Part shown: positions 59,113 through 59,974 of the stretch, one piece after another
Position numbering within the stretch: position 1 is the stretch's first letter
Layout: each line of letters starts with the position of its first letter
Assembly: GCA_964392095.1 (NCBI GenBank)
Contig: CAYMOF010000006.1
Span: 1 to 59,974 of the forward strand
Reading direction: 5' to 3'
DNA: 59,974 nt
Source: an uncultured Candidatus Saccharibacteria bacterium
Lineage (GTDB): Bacteria; Patescibacteriota; Andersenbacteria; UBA10190
Program-made: the position numbers and the translations under genes
The notes under the pieces: model-generated
Told to the model about the DNA's origin: nothing
Databases searched by the model: none
Seen by the model: only the letters and a program-made list of their open reading frames with translations

Positions 59113-59718
59113 TTAATCGAAATTTACAGATAGTTTGGCCAATTCTTTTTTAAGCTGATCTGGAGACTTGAAAGCAAAAGCATTTATGCCTATTTTTCGG
59201 GCAGCTTCAACGTATTTGATTTTGTCGTCAAAAAATACAGCCTCGACTGGTTTTACATTTAATTTATTTAGAGCCAGGAAGTATATTTTTTCTTCTGGCC
59301 TTATAGTTTTTTCAAGGCAGGAGAAAACTAGGGCATCAAAATATTTATCATATTGGTTTTTAAAAAAGTATCGCGTGGTGGGAAGTTCTGTGTTTGATAA
59401 AATAGCTGTTTGGTATTCCCTGCTCTTTAAGTTGGTCATTACTTGGTAGGTCTCTTTTTTGTCTGTAAATACATTTTCTACAGCTTCCTGCCATAATGAT
59501 TTTTGCGAGGGAGGCTTTGTTTTTAATTTAGTGCAAATAGTTTGTCAGAGATTGTCTTCAGTAATGGCTCCTTTTTGGAATTTATTTTCTAGGGTTGAGT
59601 AAATGTTTTTAAAGGTTTCTGCTTTAGCGTCAAGAGAATTAGCACAGTATTGCATCAATCCGTCCGCGGGGTTGTCAATTAGAACTCCTCCCCAGTCAAA
59701 TATGACTGTTTTAATCAT
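59113..59718 (-). pseudogene. HAD-superfamily phosphatase with one in-frame TGA
   Basis: MIKTVIFDWGGVL (motif I) from ATG 59718 is in frame with ILSNT and FFDD; TGA at 59545-59547 in EDNL*QTIC. Confidence 0.85.
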
Positions 59719-59794
59719 AATGTGGATTGTTTTTTATTTATATAGTTTAATTCTTCCTTGCTTTATTAAATTAATACCTCCTTTAAAAAAGTAA

Positions 59795-59946
59795 ATTTTG
59801 CACAGATCATTGCGGTACTTTTTGGTTGAAATTCTAACTTTTTTTGAACAGAACCCCGACTGACGCACGCGCGGAGCGCGTGGTGGCTCGCAGCGGAATC
59901 GTACGCTCCCGCCCCGCCTCTCGCCTCCGCTATCGCTACGGCGAGA
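59795..59946 (+). other. Possible relic of a site-specific recombinase 3' end or att site, followed by GC-rich hairpins
   Basis: Short open frame LRYFLVEILTFFEQNPD* then hairpins at 59866-59882 and 59919-59946. Confidence 0.3.
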
Positions 59947-59974
59947 ACCTCGCAGAAATTTTCCCTTACAATTT

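Noticed and set aside
59545..59547. Alternative genetic code (TGA recoded as in Gracilibacteria/Absconditabacteria) or selenocysteine
   Set aside because: All conserved genes are uninterrupted in code 11 and several end in TGA; the context suggests Trp, not Gly or Cys

Overview
A 60-kb chromosomal segment that is mostly housekeeping genes. It most likely comes from a Candidate Phyla Radiation (Patescibacteria, Parcubacteria-like) bacterium using genetic code 11. This assignment is inferred from gene content and order: short ThrS and EF-Ts, a baseplate-J-like protein after dnaE, a type IV pilus locus, tRNAs without encoded CCA, and few Shine-Dalgarno sites. Core genes are rpsB-tsf, rpmE-prfA-prmC, rplY, rodA, dnaE, thrS, miaA, gatB, secE-nusG-rplK-rplA, gyrB, pheST, gpmI, ligA-gatC-gatA, lemA-htpX, recX, clpC-comF and three tRNAs (Asp, Met, fMet). 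The most interesting items are: (1) a compact dTTP-pathway cluster built around a three-domain MtrA-like/ThyA/DUF4346 fusion with dcd, dut and two tandem divergent dTMP kinases, and no DHFR in the window; (2) a dispersed ~110-120 bp GC-rich hairpin repeat family with compensatory changes and strand-specific G-U/G-T pairing, including a tandem pair between dcd and dut; (3) a 209-nt structured non-coding element between gyrB and secE; (4) a PilB-like ATPase that has lost its His box and conserved arginines; (5) stand-alone orphan transcription units with boxA-like leaders, including a planctomycete-like STAS protein and a mini prepilin-like protein; (6) a frameshifted membrane protein, a HAD gene with one in-frame TGA, and a possible recombinase/att relic at the right end. 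No CRISPR array, rRNA, intact transposase or prophage was seen. All family assignments come from motif recognition by eye, not from database searches.
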